62,557 bases of DNA, filler included, from Globobulimina sp. (GCA_003354225.1; 33 parts of 33 records of this genome joined end to end with filler, not necessarily neighbours in it), one strand, 5' to 3'. Numbered from the whole stretch's first letter, positions 11,601 through 23,432 are shown. The notes: a model not told the origin generated them from the sequence alone. Program-made: numbers and translations.

Positions 11601-13001
11601 TCAAACATAAACACGATAAATAGCATTTGCATAGTCATCTGAGATTAACAATGAACCATCCGCTAACATAGCTAATTCAGTCGGTCTTCCACGGTAATTT
11701 CCACTCCGTACATCCTCCAAAAAGCCATCCATAAATATCTCATGTCCAATCACTGTTGAATTATTATCTAAAAACACAACAGCAACACGAAAACCAATAT
11801 ATTGTGACCTGGCCCATGATCCATGTTCCGCGATAAAAATGGACTGATTCCCGTATACATATTGCGAGCCACTGATACTGTCAAACATATTTGCAGTATA
11901 AAATAATACTCCATTTGGAGCGACATGCGGTCCTAAAGGTTGTACAGCTGCATTAAATGTGTGGTTGTTGCATGTATTGTTAAGTATATATCCAAAATCC
12001 GGATCAACTATAAATTGTCTTTTATTATATTCCCTTAACTCTGGATCACCAAAACCAAGTGAATGACAATATGGATATCCAAAATGTTGCCCAACATACG
12101 ATACTTGATTCAACTCACAATCTGGCTCATCATCGCCTAATTGATCGATATTATGATCAGTAAACCACATTTGATTTGATTTTGGATGAAAATCCCAGCC
12201 AACACAATCACGCACACCGTGTGCATAAATTGTCATATTATTTGTATTTGGATTATCCATATCATTAAAACATGCAACAGTCCCTTGAGGAAATACAAAA
12301 TCATCGCAACTATCACAATAACTTCCAAATGAAATGCATAAATTATTGCTAATCGGATGTAATTTTGTGAGATGATTGCCATGGTTGAAATAATATGGCT
12401 GTTGGAACCATATTTGACATTGTGAATTGATTAGATATTCATCTTCGAATCTTGAGTGAAGTAGTATTTCTTGGTGAGATATTAAACATTTATAAATTAC
12501 TCCGCATTCTGCGATATATAGAAAATTGTTTATTGCATCATATTGTACACTGGTCACTACGTACTGTGTTGCACGGAATATTTGAATTATTTTATCGTTT
12601 TTATAATCAGATTCGTAATCTATTAATGCATAAATGCCCTTTTCCGGCGGCAGAGGATCAAGAATTTGACACCAACCATCCGCACGATGTCCAACTGTAT
12701 AAATAATTGTTGCGGTTACATTCACATTTGTAATTACCTCCATCTGTCTTGGTTGATGCACATCTTTCGCATAATATTCAACAGAAAACCTGTCAGATAA
12801 TAAATTAATCCATGATAAATCATCACCACTTTCACGCGAGTCTTCCAACACAAATTGTAATATAAGAAAAATAATAATCAATAATGAAATAATTGCTACG
12901 ATTGCATATACAAGTCGTTTCTTGGTATAATAAGATTGCCTGACATGTGGTCCTTGAGAAGCAGTTTCCAAAGTGCCATATTTGATCCCCGAAGAAGACA
13001 T
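11601..13001 (-). CDS. L-sorbosone/PQQ-dependent glucose dehydrogenase family beta-propeller with N-terminal membrane anchor
   Basis: Motifs AHGVRDCVGWDFHP, WFTDHNIDQLGDDEPDCELN, HFGYPYCH, PHVAPNG, AEHGSW and GRPTELAMLADGSLLISDDYANAIYRV. TM at about residues 31-52. Intronless. Confidence 0.85.
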   Translation of the reverse strand: MSSSGIKYGTLETASQGPHVRQSYYTKKRLVYAIVAIISLLIIIFLILQFVLEDSRESGDDLSWINLLSDRFSVEYYAKDVHQPRQMEVITNVNVTATIIYTVGHRADGWCQILDPLPPEKGIYALIDYESDYKNDKIIQIFRATQYVVTSVQYDAINNFLYIAECGVIYKCLISHQEILLHSRFEDEYLINSQCQIWFQQPYYFNHGNHLTKLHPISNNLCISFGSYCDSCDDFVFPQGTVACFNDMDNPNTNNMTIYAHGVRDCVGWDFHPKSNQMWFTDHNIDQLGDDEPDCELNQVSYVGQHFGYPYCHSLGFGDPELREYNKRQFIVDPDFGYILNNTCNNHTFNAAVQPLGPHVAPNGVLFYTANMFDSISGSQYVYGNQSIFIAEHGSWARSQYIGFRVAVVFLDNNSTVIGHEIFMDGFLEDVRSGNYRGRPTELAMLADGSLLISDDYANAIYRVYV

Positions 13002-13300
13002 GAAGTTACTAGTTCAGCAAGTTCACTTGAAAAAACATTGACGTAATTTTCATTGTGGTGATCGGATTTCAACTTTAGGAGTTGATCGATCATCACAACG
13101 GAATTAGGTCAATAGTTGTGACTGCAGTGGGTGGTATTTTTTGGGATTTGCGACCACGTCTTAAAATACGTAGTACAATCGTGTATATAAGTAGCACATT
13201 NNNNNNNNNNNNNNNNNNNNNNNNNNNNNNNNNNNNNNNNNNNNTTAATTAATTAANNNNNNNNNNNNNNNNNNNNNNNNNNNNNNNNNNNNNNNNNNNN

Positions 13301-14548
13301 TTTATGCAATTCATTTTTAATTCTCTGAACGTATTGTTTTATTATATGATCATTTAATATTTGTTGAATATAGTTCAGACATAAAAAGTTTATATTATTT
13401 TGATAATTATTATATTCAATACCATTTACATAGAAAATACCAAATATTTTAATTGATTTATCTGAATGAATATCAATTTTTGACTTTGGAGCTATCACAT
13501 TATTTATATGTTGAACCAGTGATTTGATTGTGTTTAAATATAAATGTCTCTGAAGGCCATTTGTTTTCTCTTTATTTAAACATTTGTCATCGAATAAAAT
13601 ATTTCTTAACGCCTTCGCATTAATTGCAAGCAATTTGGATGCCGCATAAATATGAACTTGTATTTTGTCAAAAGAATTATTTATATCATAATAATATTCA
13701 ATCATCGATAAATTAGCAATTCCAATGAATACATCATATATTTCCTGTTGTCGTTCTTGTGTAAAATTTAATATATTTAATGCACTTTGAAAGGAAATAA
13801 ATTGTTTTAATGCATCTCTTTGCGGCGTTGTTGATATAAAATGGATGGACGATAAATACATTGATGGTGTTTTAATAAAATAAGATTTAAGCATAGCAAT
13901 AATTGGTAGATGTTGTAATGATGAAACATCGGCAAATATATTGCTATTTATTCCGATTAAATCCATATTTGCACCAATTATTTTATTATGAGAATGAGCT
14001 ATTTTAATCCAAATATTACACTGTGGATTATAATCATATATCGATGGTTGAATACAACAGAATGCATCACTTATTATCGGAATATTTGTTATTTGTTTAC
14101 ATATTTCGCTTTCTTTATTATCGAATTTTGATGTGACAAATGATAATAATGCTTTATTAAAAATTTGTTTCGTGCAATTATTATACCCATTAATTAAAAT
14201 GTTATTAATTTGATTGTCATCATTCAATATACGCGATGTTACTTTATCATTTATTGCACTCCAAATTGAATTCTCTTTATCCAACAACAATGGATGCAAA
14301 GTGCTAATATTTGGAATGTTACATAAATAAATATTATCCAATAATTTAAATGTATATTTCTGTTTTTTGTGCTGCGTCTGTTGTGTATATATGTCAATAC
14401 ATAAATTGTAAATAAATGCATATGAATGTGACATAACTTTAAGATGTGTGACGAGAGCATAGTCAGTTTCGTTTGCATTCATAATCCTATTATTACTGTT
14501 TTCGAAAAGGAGCAACTCTGCGACTGATTTCGGGAAAATTATTTTCAT
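13301..14548 (-). CDS. Degenerate myosin motor-like domain protein, 3'-partial
   Basis: Collinear with myosin head segments: NQINNILING, ITNIPIISDAF, IIGANM, ALNILNFTQERQQEIYDVFIGIANLSMIEY, ASKLLAINAKAL, LQRHLY..LVQHIN, FGIFYVNGIE...FLCLNYIQQIL. Confidence 0.65.
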
Positions 14549-14560
14549 GGCTCATTCATG

Positions 14561-14965
14561 TTATATTTTTGCACAAATATGTTCACCACATATTGCAGTT
14601 AAACCACACAATGCAACCCCAACTAAAAAGAGCTGCACAATACACCATGAAAATAACATTTGTCCAATTGGCTCGTTTTGGCAGAGATAAGTCATTTGTT
14701 CAAAATATATATAAACTCCAAATAGTGGCCATATAAAACTCCAAAGTAAGAGCGGCAATGCAAATAAAGCAACAAAGATTGACGGACATTTGGAATGTTG
14801 GTACTTAGGACAACACAATGAATTGAGGCATATTATGATAAATGATAAACATATCCATCCAATGGATACACTCCCAGCAATTAATAAGTACATTTTTAAT
14901 TCGATGAAATAATTTGTATTGTCATTACATTTTGAATTTTCATCATATTGTAATCCAATTACCAT
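14561..14965 (-). CDS. Small multi-pass membrane protein of unknown function
   Basis: Three hydrophobic segments with Cys-containing loops. The frame stays open upstream through another hydrophobic stretch (FVVCCSILTLAPAIAA), so the true start is uncertain. Confidence 0.55.
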   Translation of the reverse strand: MVIGLQYDENSKCNDNTNYFIELKMYLLIAGSVSIGWICLSFIIICLNSLCCPKYQHSKCPSIFVALFALPLLLWSFIWPLFGVYIYFEQMTYLCQNEPIGQMLFSWCIVQLFLVGVALCGLTAICGEHICAKI

Positions 14966-15248
14966 TGCCGCAATTGCCGGGGCTAAAGTTAGTATGGAAC
15001 AACAAACAACGAATATCTGTTGGTCTTTTAGAGTTTTTATATCACACGCATGCTTTCATAGGAAGGAGAAAGGTTTGCCATTGACCAAACAAATGTGAAA
15101 NNNNNNNNNNNNNNNNNNNNNNNNNNNNNNNNNNNNNNNNNNNNTTAATTAATTAANNNNNNNNNNNNNNNNNNNNNNNNNNNNNNNNNNNNNNNNNNNN
15201 TAATCTGATATGATCAAATAATATATTTTTGTTTCAATCAACATAGAA

Positions 15249-16241
15249 TTGCAAGATCTGTCAGCAAATTCAATCACACACAACCACTGTCAATCTCTTT
15301 CCAATTCGCCATCTTCATCAATTTCGCAGTGTTCTCGCGTTTCGCTCAGATGTGGCAGCACAGAAATGAAAGATACAGATATTTTATTAGCAGTGCCCGG
15401 TGAACATTGTACAAAAAAGACCTCTCCAACAAAATCAACATCAATTTCAGAATGGTGTGTTTATTCTTATTATATTTCCGGTGATTGTTATTTCCGATGG
15501 AATTATAAAAAAAACAGCAGATATTGTTACCAAGATATTGCAAGGAAAGCAAGTGCATCGCAGTGCCATTGTAAAGGAAATTTATGCGAAGAATGTTTGC
15601 GAAGAGAACTTATGCTGACACAGAACAGACTAAATCATGCAATGCAATGTACGGTATGTAAGTATCAATACAGCGTAACACGAGAATTCAAATTCAAATG
15701 CAAGCGAGATTGCAAAGTATTTTATTTGAATTATATGCAATTTTGTGGCTTGAAAAACGAACAAGATTTGCTGAGCTCACTTGTAGGCAAAGTTGGTTTT
15801 GGATTAGTTATTTTGGGCATTGCTGCGTGGATTTTTGCGACATCCTATGTTTTGGCACTCGATCCCCACAAATTTGACTTACCCATTTCTTTATATTATA
15901 TGATTTCTGCATTTGATTTAGTTGTCGGCACTGCCACAGTATGGTTTGTGGTCAAATGTAGATGCTTGGTTCCATTCTTTTTATCGCTTTTTTATGGCAT
16001 GAGAAGTGCCTATTTATTGTGCGGATGGATTCCCCTCATTCATTTTGTTAATATTAATATGTATAAAAAAGTACATATTAATGTCATGTCATATTTTATA
16101 TCATTTAGTTTTGTTACATTTCTGATTTTGACTGCGCTTTATGTGATGGATATTTGTGAACAATGTAGAAGCTACAAAATTCAACATCAAACTTTGACAA
16201 TAAATGGCATTCGTATAGACATTAGAAACGATGACAGCTAA
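15249..16241 (+). CDS. Membrane-bound RING-CH (MARCH-like) E3 ligase; intron 15455-15517; start uncertain
   Basis: Splicing the 63-nt intron restores ECRYCY, followed by CHCKG, CEEC and CTVCKYQY, then four TM segments. Confidence 0.75.
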   Translation: MQDLSANSITHNHCQSLSNSPSSSISQCSRVSLRCGSTEMKDTDILLAVPGEHCTKKTSPTKSTSISEWCVYSYYISGDCYFRWNYKKNSRYCYQDIARKASASQCHCKGNLCEECLRRELMLTQNRLNHAMQCTVCKYQYSVTREFKFKCKRDCKVFYLNYMQFCGLKNEQDLLSSLVGKVGFGLVILGIAAWIFATSYVLALDPHKFDLPISLYYMISAFDLVVGTATVWFVVKCRCLVPFFLSLFYGMRSAYLLCGWIPLIHFVNINMYKKVHINVMSYFISFSFVTFLILTALYVMDICEQCRSYKIQHQTLTINGIRIDIRNDDS

Positions 16242-16423
16242 AACCCTCAAATTTTAATTTCATATCAATAATTGTGATTTTTTTTATCTATTTAATTGCT
16301 ATTCAATTGGAACTGTGGACATTTCAGCAGTTTTCAGTTAAACTTGAAAATAAAAACTTATTAAATCATACATCGCAACAAGTGTACGTTCTAAAACGAT
16401 AGAAACAGAAATACATATAACAA

Positions 16424-16939
16424 ATGGAGACAACATGGCGTTATTATGATTACGACTATGATAACAATACGATAATTATGTCAGATGCAACAGATGGAAA
16501 TACTGGTTGGATTATGTCAGACGAAGAGAAACTAAAATCTCGCTTCGGAAACGTTAAATATCCAATCAATATTCAACATGATAGATCAAGTATTGTCCGT
16601 GGCACAGTATGTCATTTATTTCTTTGCGATTTGCGTGTTGTACTTTTCGCATTTGCATATTTGTGCATGTTTATTGTTATATAGTTGTCGACAGAAAGCA
16701 GCTCAAGCAATCAAAGCAGAGATGATAAAATTATATGTCACTCTCCTCCGAGACATCACCAACACAAAACATCTAAAACAGAGACTACGTTTGTTGATAA
16801 TACAAACATTAATCCTCGTACGATTAATCCCGATGTATTATCTTTGTCCGGACGCAGGCAATATTTATATAATTATCATTATCATTATTTTCAAGGATTA
16901 TTACAATTTCAACGGATTACGTCCAGCAATGACTTTTGA
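16424..16939 (+). CDS. Hypothetical protein; intron 16607-16684
   Basis: A GTATGT...TATAG intron joins two ORFs in frame (SIVRGT/LSTESSS). No recognisable domain. Confidence 0.5.
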
Positions 16940-17100
16940 AGACTTATTTTTTGTAATTATTTATTATGTGTGGGTGCTTTGTTATTATTTTTATTTAATT
17001 NNNNNNNNNNNNNNNNNNNNNNNNNNNNNNNNNNNNNNNNNNNNTTAATTAATTAANNNNNNNNNNNNNNNNNNNNNNNNNNNNNNNNNNNNNNNNNNNN

Positions 17101-17579
17101 ATATTGATAATAAAATGGAGGGTTTACCATCATTAACAGTGGGCAATGAAGGAACAAAACAATTATTTAATGATGATTATAATCCTGATGATACATTGGA
17201 TATAAATAATAATAATATTACACAATTATCGCTGCCAAATTTGGAAATATTTGAACCAAGAAAAAATACAAGAAAAAGACGAGCAACAACAATAAATACT
17301 GGATCAAATAAGAAAAGAAAGAAAAGTAAAAAATTTGATGGAAAAACGTATTATTACTACCAAGATGAAAGACAGATTCATGCGGTTATTGATGAACATT
17401 ATGCAGATATTTGGAAAGAAACTGCAAATATGGATGAAAAAGCATTAATTGGACATGTAACGTCATTCGGATTTGTTTCAACTCAGTTAAGGGATTTTTG
17501 CACATATAAAGGCATCAAACCAAAGAGATATTCGGTTAAAAATCTCATATTATTATTGGTTCAAAATCATATGCATTGA
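17101..17579 (+). CDS. Hypothetical protein, C-terminal part with basic NLS-like tracts
   Basis: Open frame from the contig edge, containing RKRR and KKRKKSKK. Confidence 0.5.
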
Positions 17580-17951
17580 GAGAATATAAAGAATGTTAAT
17601 TTGATATTTATTTATTTTTGTCACGGTGTTTATTTTTGTTTTTCAGAATGGTGTTTATTTACAACAATTTTCTTTCAGAATGCCGGCAGAATTGTGACTG
17701 CTATAAATGTTACATCTGATTTATTTATTGCAAAAATATGCGATGTTATGATTCATAAAAATCGTTCGTGAGATTGTGACGACCTTCGAATCTGACCAAA
17801 CTAAAAAGTGAACCACAGCTTTTTTAAATGTCAAAAAATGACCAATAAACTCCCCATCAATCAGCAAGAGCAATAAATATTTTACGTACATCGAGCATGC
17901 GTTTGGTAATAAATTGAACAGCTAAATTATACAATACATTCAGTTCAATAA

Positions 17952-18899
17952 TTATGCCCAAAGTGAGCTTAAATTATCTCCCTCAGACTCATCTGTAAAG
18001 TCAAAAGCATCTTTGAACCACAAATTCCTTCTTTTTTTATTCGCAAACATTTTACTATTTGTTGCCTTTACATTTTTTGTTTTTGCCACATTTTTTACTT
18101 TCCTTTTTTTTGCAGTTTTCCCTTTTATTTTTTTCCTTATTTGCCTTTTTTATATATATTATTTTTTAAGAAACAAAGGCAGAGATATCATATATGAGAA
18201 AACTCTGTAAACTCACCTCTTTGATGCTTTTTGTTTATTTCTATTCTTATTCTTATTATAATTACTTTCATATTCCTCAGAATGCTCAGATCCGTCATCA
18301 GCTTCATCAGTGTCATAATACATCGACTCAATATTTCTATTTCTGTTTTCCTTTCTTTTTTTGGCGGCACTTCGAGTCAGCATTTTATTTTTATTTTTAT
18401 TTTGAGAAAATTTCTGTTTTTTACGTGGTGGAATCTCATCATGTCCATATTCATCATCCTCACTGATCATGTAATTGCCATCACTGCCACTCGACATTTC
18501 CTTTAGTTTCCGTTTTTTCCCACTTTCACGCCTTTGCTCGCTTTGCTTACTTTGTTGTGATGAATCAGTTAAATCACTTTGTTCCTCCATATTTTTTTTT
18601 TCTTCTTTTTTATTTCGAACTTGTGTTTCATAAAACTCCTTATTATTTTCAGCATATCGCAAAACAGAGTAAACATCGTGTGACTCTGTATTGTCTCCGA
18701 TTGCCCATTCTATCAAATCCCGTGCCAATCCCATACTTGTTAATTGTGCTAAAATAGCCGCTTTCCCGTCTTCCATTTCTTCCTTTTCTTCATTTTCATC
18801 GCCAGTCTCAGCCTCCAATTGCAATGCACTGTGACTATGACCATGGCTGTTATTATTGGTCAAATCCTGACTTTCGTCGCCATAAGCACCAGAACTGAG
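17952..18899 (-). CDS. UBA-like domain plus charged low-complexity protein, 5'-partial; intron 18216-18145
   Basis: AILAQLTSMGLARDLIEWAI fits the UBA pattern (L..MG). A GTGAGT...AAAG intron extends the frame to a TAA at 17952. Confidence 0.6.
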
Positions 18900-18999
18900 N
18901 NNNNNNNNNNNNNNNNNNNNNNNNNNNNNNNNNNNNNNNNNNNTTAATTAATTAANNNNNNNNNNNNNNNNNNNNNNNNNNNNNNNNNNNNNNNNNNNN

Positions 19000-20342
19000 T
19001 TGGCAATTCGTAATTTGGTTTTATTTAGCAGCGACTTCATGTGTGGATAATGTGAATTGGTACTATGATCAGTGGATTGGGCACCTAGTCTCGCATTGAA
19101 ATCACCAATGACAAAGATGTTGTCGCAGTTCGATTTCATACGTTGGATATCATTGGTTAAGGTGTTATAGAACTTACTGCTACGGCTTGCAAGACTGGCT
19201 TTGTATGGGCGTACATAATTTACTGCAAGGTAAGTGGGTTTGGTGTTGGTATCAAATTTAATTGAGAGCCATATTGTATTCATTCCTCTCGTTTTTTGTA
19301 TATAATTGATTTTATTTTTCAAATGTCGTTTCTTATAAATCATCAGACCACCAATATGCGATGGATTGTTTGCATGCAATGGGGCTTTGTGAGCGATTAA
19401 TGTGTAACCTGGGATATTCCAGTCTGGTCTTTTGATGCAGCGGGTGTCAATTAGACAGATGATGTCCAGTTTGTGCTGAACAACCAACTGTTGCATGTAT
19501 GGGTGGACGTGCTGCGTTTTGTATCTCGTGTTGCCATTTATGTTTAAGAATCCAATGGACAGATTTTTGAGAGAGATCTTGGTCGCAATTATGGGTTCAA
19601 TTTTTGGTGCATAGATCTGGAGAAATGGGAATTTCTGGACGATATTTGGGAGATCTTCCACTTTAAAGAGGTCATCATTCAAATGGGACTGTATCACTTT
19701 GTGGACAAGGTATTTTTTGTACCGTTTCAGATTTTTATGATTGGAGCGGTATTTGGAGATGGCATGTTTGAATATTTGATTTAATGAGAGGATGGCGTTA
19801 TTTTTCATGTTGTTTATTTGGTGGGAACGGTTCACGCGATGTATGTTTGTGCAGTTGAACCGTTGTATGGATTCCCAATGTAGGATGACATCATTTGGTT
19901 TTTTACCCTCTGGCACGCTCCAACGTATATGGTATTTGTCGTGCCGTATGGATTGTTGTACGATGGCATCGCCATCAATATAATCAAAATCATTGACAAA
20001 ATCATGGATCTGTTTTATGACAGCTGGATCACGGTGGTAAGCATGCAGTTGCTCACACGGTATTTCTTCGATTCCTGGGTCAGAATATGGAATGGTTTTG
20101 AATCGGAGTCGGATGTGTTTTGGAAAAGTGTTTATTATGTGGTATTTAATTGGATTGTATCTATGTACAGGCATTCTGAGGGTTATCCAGCGCAGGGATT
20201 TATGCATTATAATCCGGATGTGTCTGAAGTACCCTCTGATTGAATGCTGATGTTTTTCTATATATTCATAGAGTTTGTGTGTGTGTTGTTCCTCGACAGT
20301 ACTGATCATATAACCAGTACGATAGTGACACTTACCGGGCAT
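19000..20342 (-). mobile_element. Non-LTR retrotransposon (LINE) ORF2-like, apurinic-endonuclease domain, truncated before RT
   Basis: APE motifs SIGFLNING, LDIICLIDT, GGLMIY, NYVRP and VIGDFNARLG. Intronless, with an A/C-rich coding strand. Confidence 0.8.
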
Positions 20343-20576
20343 TTTGTTTATAGTTTTGGTATTTAGATTTTTATTGCTCGTGAGAGCCTGAACGTGAATT
20401 CAGAATAATTAATAAAATGCGTACATAATAAGGGGATACTAAATAAAAAGGGAAAAGATAATACAAGGGAGTTGCACGCGAATATGAGGGGAAATGTGTA
20501 TGATAAAAAAGTAAAAAAGAAAAGAGAACTAATTATAAATTGAAGATAATTAAATCTATTTATCCTCCGCTTCAAC

Positions 20577-20798
20577 CTAAAAATCCGCAGTGATTTTTGA
20601 GAATCCATTGCCGTTATTACTGCTGCCACCATTATTTCTGCCTTTCGCTGGAGTTGGGACTGTTGCCTTAATGGTATATCGGATTTCCTTCATCAATAAT
20701 GGCCCCGAAACAAACGAATATCTCTTTGCCAAGAACGCATCCAATTTGTCCTGAATGATAACTGCTTTGCCGGCAACATCCACATTCAATGCATCCGA
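20577..20798 (-). CDS. 3' end of an upstream ORF (possible ORF1 of the LINE-like element)
   Basis: Same strand, open from the contig edge, and ends 234 bp before the endonuclease ORF. No diagnostic motif. Confidence 0.35.
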   Translation of the reverse strand, partial: SDALNVDVAGKAVIIQDKLDAFLAKRYSFVSGPLLMKEIRYTIKATVPTPAKGRNNGGSSNNGNGFSKITADF

Positions 20799-20986
20799 NN
20801 NNNNNNNNNNNNNNNNNNNNNNNNNNNNNNNNNNNNNNNNNNTTAATTAATTAANNNNNNNNNNNNNNNNNNNNNNNNNNNNNNNNNNNNNNNNNNNNTT
20901 TATAACCATAAGTTTAATAATCCACTTGTGTTATTCGGTGCCACCGCTGACAAAAAATGACACATAAAGCATATTAATTAAAATAG

Positions 20987-21466
20987 AATCATTATTTCGT
21001 GAAACTGCAACAGCATTAATAATTACTCAATGCATTGTGAAGTGGATTAAGAAATATGTTGGAAGGCCAAGACCATTTTTTTATGAATATTATACAATAA
21101 ATGCAACTGATGCATTGGAATCATTTCCTTCTGGAGATGCGAGCTCATCCTTTTGTATTCACATATTATTAATGTTTCATGCTATAAATGCTATGAATTG
21201 GTCCTATAATAATACAGATAAAAACATTCGATTCAATAATATTCATTCGTTGTTTGGTGCTAAAGCATGGCAAGGATTAAGGTATTACAAGTGTTTTAAG
21301 GTAATATGTATTTTGGTTTTATTGGTATTGCCGGCGTTTGTTTCACTTTTCAGCATTACAGAATATTATCATAATTATTCCGATGTGATTTGTGGTGCAA
21401 TGATGAATGATCGGAACAGGAGTGTCTTCGATCGTATTTGTTATTTTCCAAAATGAACTTTGTTAG
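20987..21466 (+). pseudogene. PAP2 lipid phosphate phosphatase, degenerate and frameshifted
   Basis: C1 motif KKYVGRPRP. C2 reads SFPSGD (His lost). C3 reads FSITEYYHNYSDV (Arg lost). A 7-nt duplication near 21400-21411 breaks GAMIGTGVSS. Confidence 0.75.
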
Positions 21467-21748
21467 GAATCTTTGTCAGAATCTTTGTAAGCTGAACAAC
21501 TTTATTTGAATGTGCAAGGATATTGCTGTTTTATAGTTAGAGAATAGAGAATAAAGAATAAATAATGCCATCATTCAGCAACGGTATTGTATCTATCACT
21601 GTGCTCTATTGAAATACTAAATCATTGTGCTCATTAATTTTATATATACGTTACAGCAAACGGAAATTATCATTTCTTCTTAAACCTCCCAAAGAGTTCA
21701 CAAATCGATCTAAATACAGGTAGAATATTATGGTTATTTCTAAAATAT

Positions 21749-22697
21749 ATGACGTTTAGTATTTTCTGTGGTTTATTAATGCATTCATGGCACTTTATTT
21801 GGGATTATTTCGATGCAAATGACTATAATATTTTTATGGGTCAGAAATATTATTTTGAATTTGATACAATGCTCGTGACCTGGCAATGTACATTAATCAT
21901 TGTGTGGTGTTTAATACTCGCATCAACACGTTATCCATGCAATATATTATACAAAATAGCTATCCTCCCATCCCAATACACCCGCGAAGTTCTCCAATTC
22001 GTGTTTTTAATTCTTTCACTAACATCTATTTGTTTAATACCCATTGCATATTTAACATTTTTTGATGAAGGCTCGGGGCAACAGAGAGTATTCCAATCAT
22101 CATCGTCAGTGTGCAGATGGCTGTTATGTGAATATATCTATGTAAGATTCTTATTAATTTATTGTTTATATCCAGGTGTATTGCCAGTAATATTATGTGG
22201 CTGTTGGTATATTTATTATCTTTGCTATTTGCAAGGCACTGAGCCGTATGATAAAAATGCTCGTTTACAGTCTGAAGCGTCAGGAGTTACTGACATCGAT
22301 ACAACATTATTAACTCCAAATAGTCCAAACATAAATGTTTCAGAAAATGATACATTAAGCAGACAAAGTTCAAGTAATTGGTCATCGAAAAAAATGTTTT
22401 TAAGTGGATCCCGATCACATCAACAATACGATACTCGTTTTCAGCTGAAATATCCATTTTTGCTGTTAATATTATGGTGTTTTAGTTTCTTGTTATCATT
22501 TTTATTCGGTTATATTCACGGAGACCCAATCAATGAGTATTACGACAACATTTATTTTGCTTTTTCTTTCTATACTGTTTGTTTTAAATTTGTGATGAAA
22601 CAATTTGCGCGGCGATGCGATCATTATCGAGCTGCAGTCAGTGAGTATAATTATGTGTTTTCAATTGAATATTTTATGGAATTTTCTTGGTCTTTAA
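21749..22697 (+). CDS. Multi-pass membrane protein of unknown function, 3'-partial
   Basis: At least six hydrophobic helices and a Ser-rich loop. A 5' exon upstream is likely. Confidence 0.6.
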
Positions 22698-23432
22698 NNN
22701 NNNNNNNNNNNNNNNNNNNNNNNNNNNNNNNNNNNNNNNNNTTAATTAATTAANNNNNNNNNNNNNNNNNNNNNNNNNNNNNNNNNNNNNNNNNNNNTTT
22801 GCAAAGGAAACAACAGAAAAATGTGCCAATGCCATCAATGTGGCTGGAATGGGTAGTAAATGTTGACTCAGTTTAAGGCATTTTCGTAAGCGTCTTTTTT
22901 GATAAATATCACATTGGCTCTCATCCCAATCAATGTTTTGTATTTGGCGCAGATATAATCTCACTGATTTGGATTATCTCTAAAATCCATACTATCCTAT
23001 AAAAAACATTGTATATATGCATTAATTCGTGAATACAGTAATCTTCTCTCCATCCATTCAACACCTGATATGTACATAAGTGACGGCCAATGCATTTTCT
23101 TTTCGTTGTTTGTTTGTGTACGTGCGGTCGCATCAGGATTTGAACCTGAATCTTCTGGATCCATCCATCCATCCATCCAGGGCTCTTCTTGAGCTAAGCG
23201 ACAATAATATGTTGTTTCCTTTTCTTCTGGACATGCTGGGACCTTTTCGAACTGTGCGGATCTGTTCGAAAAGTTTTTGAAATTTGCAGTACATATCGGA
23301 AAGCCCTATTGTCTGTCTGTTACTTTTATTATGAATATTGTACATTCTATATATCGTTTGAGAAATAAATCCTTGACTTTGTAAGCTGTTTTTTAAATTT
23401 TTCACCTTATTTTCACCCCCTAAACTTTAAAG

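Noticed and set aside
22798..23405. Chain of short minus-strand ORFs upstream of BSD-NECAP
   Set aside because: Frames are broken, include an ATCC microsatellite, and show no identifiable family.
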